Origin: an uncultured Acetobacteraceae bacterium
Lineage (GTDB): Bacteria > Pseudomonadota > Alphaproteobacteria > Acetobacterales > Acetobacteraceae
Assembly: GCA_964247805.1 (NCBI GenBank)
Contig: CAXTWC010000014.1
Location: 30,343-54,342, forward strand
Direction: 5' to 3'
DNA length: 24,000 nucleotides
Shown here: positions 21,820 to 24,000 of the stretch, in pieces
Position numbering within the stretch: the first letter of the stretch is position 1
Layout of the letters: every line of letters begins with the position of its first letter
Notes under the pieces: model-generated
The model's database searches: none
What the model saw: the letters and a program-made list of their open reading frames with translations, nothing else
What the model was told of the DNA's origin: nothing
Position numbers and translations under genes: made by a program

Positions 21820-22665
21820 ATGCCTGGTCCGGCTCTGCGCGACCATTTCGCCCTGACCAGGGTCGCATCGAATGTGGGCCACGTCATTGGTCCGGCGTTC
21901 GGCGCACTGCTGGTCCAGCACTCGCTGGGGCTGGTGTTTGCCGGATCCGCCGTGGAGCTGCTGGCCGGTGCAGCCGCCGTGGCACTCTTCCTGCCTGAAA
22001 CCCGGCCTTCCAGCCTCACGGCCGGTGATGACGATGCGGACGAGATCACGGCCATCTTCACCGTGTTCCGCGACCGGCGTCTTGCCACTCTGCTGGTGCC
22101 GATCGCCCTGACCGGCATCGTGGCAAGCTGGATGGAAACGGTTCTGCCGCTCTTCGCTACGGATGGCGGCGTCCTGACCGCGGCCAGTGTTGGCCTCCTG
22201 TTTACCTACGCCGCCCTCTTGGGCGTGGTCTTTCAGCTGCCGTTGACACGGGCCTCGGCCCACATCCCTTCGGACCGGCTTATCTTGGCAAGCGGCGCGG
22301 CCTTGGCGGTGGCTTTCGGCAGCCTGCTTGTCTCCTCGCAGCTTCCCTTGCTGGTCCTTGCCGTGAGCCTTCTGACGCTGTCCCAGATGCTCGCCGGGCC
22401 GGTGACGCAGGCCATGTCGTCCGACCTTGCCCCGGCCCACGCCCGGGCAACCTACATGGCCGCCTACAGCGCCGTGAACGACGTCAGGGATGCGGCAGGC
22501 CCGGCGATCGGGACCGGTCTCTACGCAGTGGCCGCAAGCCTGCCATGGCTCGTCGGCGTCCCCGTCACTCTGCTCACCACGCTCATTCTGGCGCGAACTG
22601 CGAGGGGTGAACGAGTGACAAAGGCATGCCCCGTTCTGAAACACGCAAACATCGTTGAGGATTGA
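21820..22665 (+). CDS. MFS transporter, apparently 5'-truncated (lacks about TM1-TM4); possible gene remnant
   Basis: The 281-aa product starts in the TM4/5 region (RDHFALTRVASNVGHVIGPAFGALLV). It has the central loop PETRPSSLTAGDDDADE followed by six more helices, about 8 TM in total against the usual 12. None of the three frames in 21574-21819 encodes hydrophobic helices. Confidence 0.7.
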   Translation: MPGPALRDHFALTRVASNVGHVIGPAFGALLVQHSLGLVFAGSAVELLAGAAAVALFLPETRPSSLTAGDDDADEITAIFTVFRDRRLATLLVPIALTGIVASWMETVLPLFATDGGVLTAASVGLLFTYAALLGVVFQLPLTRASAHIPSDRLILASGAALAVAFGSLLVSSQLPLLVLAVSLLTLSQMLAGPVTQAMSSDLAPAHARATYMAAYSAVNDVRDAAGPAIGTGLYAVAASLPWLVGVPVTLLTTLILARTARGERVTKACPVLKHANIVED

Positions 22666-22668
22666 CCA

Positions 22669-23469
22669 ATGATCATGATCGACACCCTGACCTCTGGCGT
22701 CCCGGCTCAAGCGAAACATGGCATCCTGCGCACGCGGCAGGAAACCCGCCGTCGCAAGATCTTTGTGGCCAAGGTCGAGCGCGTGACGCCCGCCATGGCC
22801 CGGATCACGTTCAACGCGCCCGACTTGGCTGACTTCTCCAGTCCAGCCCACGATGACCATGTGAAGCTGTTCTTCCCCGGTGCGACCACTGCGGGTGAAC
22901 CGCTGAAGCGTGACTACACGCCACGTCGGTTCGATGCCGCCCGGCAACAGCTCGTCATCGATTTCGTATTACACGACGGCGGTCCGGCAACGAGCTGGGC
23001 AAAGAGTGCGGCCATCGGCGATGTGCTCGAGATCGGAGGACCGCGCGGCTCGACGCTCGTGCCGGATGATTTCGACTGGTACCTGTTGATTGGAGACGAG
23101 ACCGCGCTGCCCGCAATCGGACGCCGGGTCGAGGAGCTCCGGCCGGGTGTGTCGGTGACGACCTTGATCGTCGTCAACGATGGTTTCGAAGTGCAGGACC
23201 TCTTAACGCAGGCCGACTTACGTGCGCTCTGGGTCGAGCGACAGACCACGGGAAAAAGCGACGCCACATCCCTGCTCAAGGTTCTGGAAGGGTTGCGCAT
23301 GCCCGACGGTGAAGGGTTCGTCTGGATTGCCGCAGAGGCGGACGCAGCGAGGATTCTTCGCCGTCACATGCTCGAGGTGCGGGGCCACACGCCCGCCTGG
23401 GTCAAAGCGGCAGGCTATTGGGTCCGTGGCCGGGATGGCGCGCACGAAGGGTTTAAGGGAGAAAAGTAG
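22669..23469 (+). CDS. siderophore-interacting protein (SIP/ViuB-type FAD-binding ferric-siderophore reductase)
   Basis: GAGGA lies 7 nt before ATG 22669. Motifs: RDYTPRRFD (R-x-Y-T-x-R), GPATSWAKSAAIGDVLEIGGPRG, YLLIGDETALPAIGRRVEEL, WIAAEADAARILRRHM. It lies 3 nt downstream of the MFS stop. Confidence 0.85.
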   Translation: MIMIDTLTSGVPAQAKHGILRTRQETRRRKIFVAKVERVTPAMARITFNAPDLADFSSPAHDDHVKLFFPGATTAGEPLKRDYTPRRFDAARQQLVIDFVLHDGGPATSWAKSAAIGDVLEIGGPRGSTLVPDDFDWYLLIGDETALPAIGRRVEELRPGVSVTTLIVVNDGFEVQDLLTQADLRALWVERQTTGKSDATSLLKVLEGLRMPDGEGFVWIAAEADAARILRRHMLEVRGHTPAWVKAAGYWVRGRDGAHEGFKGEK

Positions 23470-23555
23470 CACGGCGCGGTGGCGCAACTTCGCCCGTCGG
23501 GTGGCCGGGTCGAGCCCAATGAATGGCGGAACTTAGGCGAATGTGGCGGACAGGT

Positions 23556-23582
23556 TCTGGGAACCAGGAGCACCCAGATTTT
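23556..23582 (+). terminator. weak candidate intrinsic terminator
   Basis: TCTGGG (23556-61) pairs with CCCAGA (23573-78) and is followed directly by TTTT (23579-82). The stem is only 6 bp, the loop is 11 nt, and a competing TTCTGG/CCAGGA hairpin exists. Confidence 0.25.
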
Positions 23583-23631
23583 CGAATGAAGCACTGGCAC
23601 CGACCGGCCTTCCGAACGTAAGGTGCACCTC

Positions 23632-24000
23632 ATGCAGACCTCCTCGCCACCGGGCCTCGCTGCGGCTGCCTTTCTCCGCGCGGAGTGCGAGCGGGTTGCC
23701 AGCCTGTGCACTGCATGCGGCAAATGCGTGAGCGCCTGCCCAATGACGGATTATGCCCCTGAGCTGCAGGGAGCCGATCCGACGCAGACCGTGCGCGGCG
23801 TTCTGAATATCCTTCGTGGCGGCCCGTCGTCACCGCAAGGGTTGAGCTGGGTCACCGTCTGCTCCCGAAGTGCCCTGTGCACCGATGCCTGCGGTGAAGA
23901 GGGTATCGACCCGGCGTTCATGATGCGTCTGGCCAAGATGCGGGCTTCGGGCGCCCTGGGTGAGCCAGCCCGCATCGTGGTGAAGGAGGATGCGCAGTTC
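23632..24000 (+). CDS. (Fe-S)-binding oxidoreductase subunit with ferredoxin-type 4Fe-4S motif (GlpC/HdrD-like), 3'-partial; absent from the ORF track because it runs off the window
   Basis: AGGTG (23621-25) lies 6 nt before ATG 23632. The frame is open for all 123 codons to base 24000. Product: MQTSSPPGLAAAAFLRAECERVASLCTACGKCVSACPMTDY… (C-x2-C-x2-C-x3-C-P), then …VCSRSALCTDACGEEGIDP, a second and less canonical Cys cluster. Confidence 0.7.
   Translation, partial: MQTSSPPGLAAAAFLRAECERVASLCTACGKCVSACPMTDYAPELQGADPTQTVRGVLNILRGGPSSPQGLSWVTVCSRSALCTDACGEEGIDPAFMMRLAKMRASGALGEPARIVVKEDAQF

Noticed and set aside
22655-22690. Fur-box-like AATGATCATGATC overlapping the start of the siderophore-interacting protein gene.
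   Set aside because: It gives only about 10-11 of 19 matches to the GATAATGATAATCATTATC consensus by my alignment. The repeat is simply the codons ATG-ATC-ATG-ATC, and it sits 3 nt after the MFS stop rather than in a promoter. It may still be worth a PWM scan.
1-24000. Scanned for CRISPR repeats, IS/transposase or integrase genes, phage genes, rRNA/tRNA, and classic defence-system enzymes (nucleases, helicases, methyltransferases).
   Set aside because: No regularly spaced repeats and no recognisable motifs of these classes appear in any frame. The window reads as envelope and metabolism loci, not a defence or mobile island.

Overview
This is a GC-rich window (roughly two-thirds G+C by eye), gene-dense and of proteobacterial chromosomal type. 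I see no rRNA, tRNA, CRISPR array, transposase or integrase. Almost every confident gene is envelope-related. Many of the long ORFs in the track are stop-poor high-GC artefacts: N-terminal over-extensions or antisense shadow ORFs. The real starts mostly sit at 4-nt ATGA/GTGA stop-start overlaps.

Layout, left to right:
1. A 5'-partial MHS-type MFS transporter (2-1003).
2. A lower-GC, poorly coding stretch (about 1004-2818) with a small Lys/Ala/Pro-rich basic protein and two weak hypothetical ORFs.
3. A six-gene minus-strand operon (8617 down to 2819): CDP-alcohol phosphatidyltransferase, CdsA, PlsC-like acyltransferase, a 749-aa polytopic M48 metallopeptidase, a stand-alone copy of that peptidase's C-terminal 2-TM module, and a signal-peptide/lipoprotein-like protein whose start is anomalous.
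4. Divergent from it, a seven-gene translationally coupled plus-strand operon (8840-15338): SPFH (YdjI-like) protein with SHOCT tail, two zinc-ribbon DUF4178-like proteins, a 61-aa Gly/Ser-tailed membrane mini-protein, DUF350, a membrane-anchored spermidine-synthase-like aminopropyltransferase, and a Tat-signal flavin amine-oxidase-family enzyme. This is my best candidate for the interesting system. It looks like a PspA-less membrane-stress/polyamine module paired head-to-head with a lipid-synthesis/protease operon.
5. A hypothetical membrane protein (15362-15823, minus).
6. An OmpR-type response regulator and histidine kinase (minus) divergent from creD. The intergenic region is filled by six nGCAy pentamers at exact 11-bp phasing.
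7. An OmpA-like protein and an exported (lipo)protein.
8. A locally lower-GC patch carrying an orphan 139-aa protein, next to an MFS gene that appears to lack its first ~4 helices.
9. A siderophore-interacting FAD reductase, then a 3'-partial Fe-S protein that is not in the ORF track.

All family assignments come from motifs read in the translations and from remembered family signatures. No searches were run.
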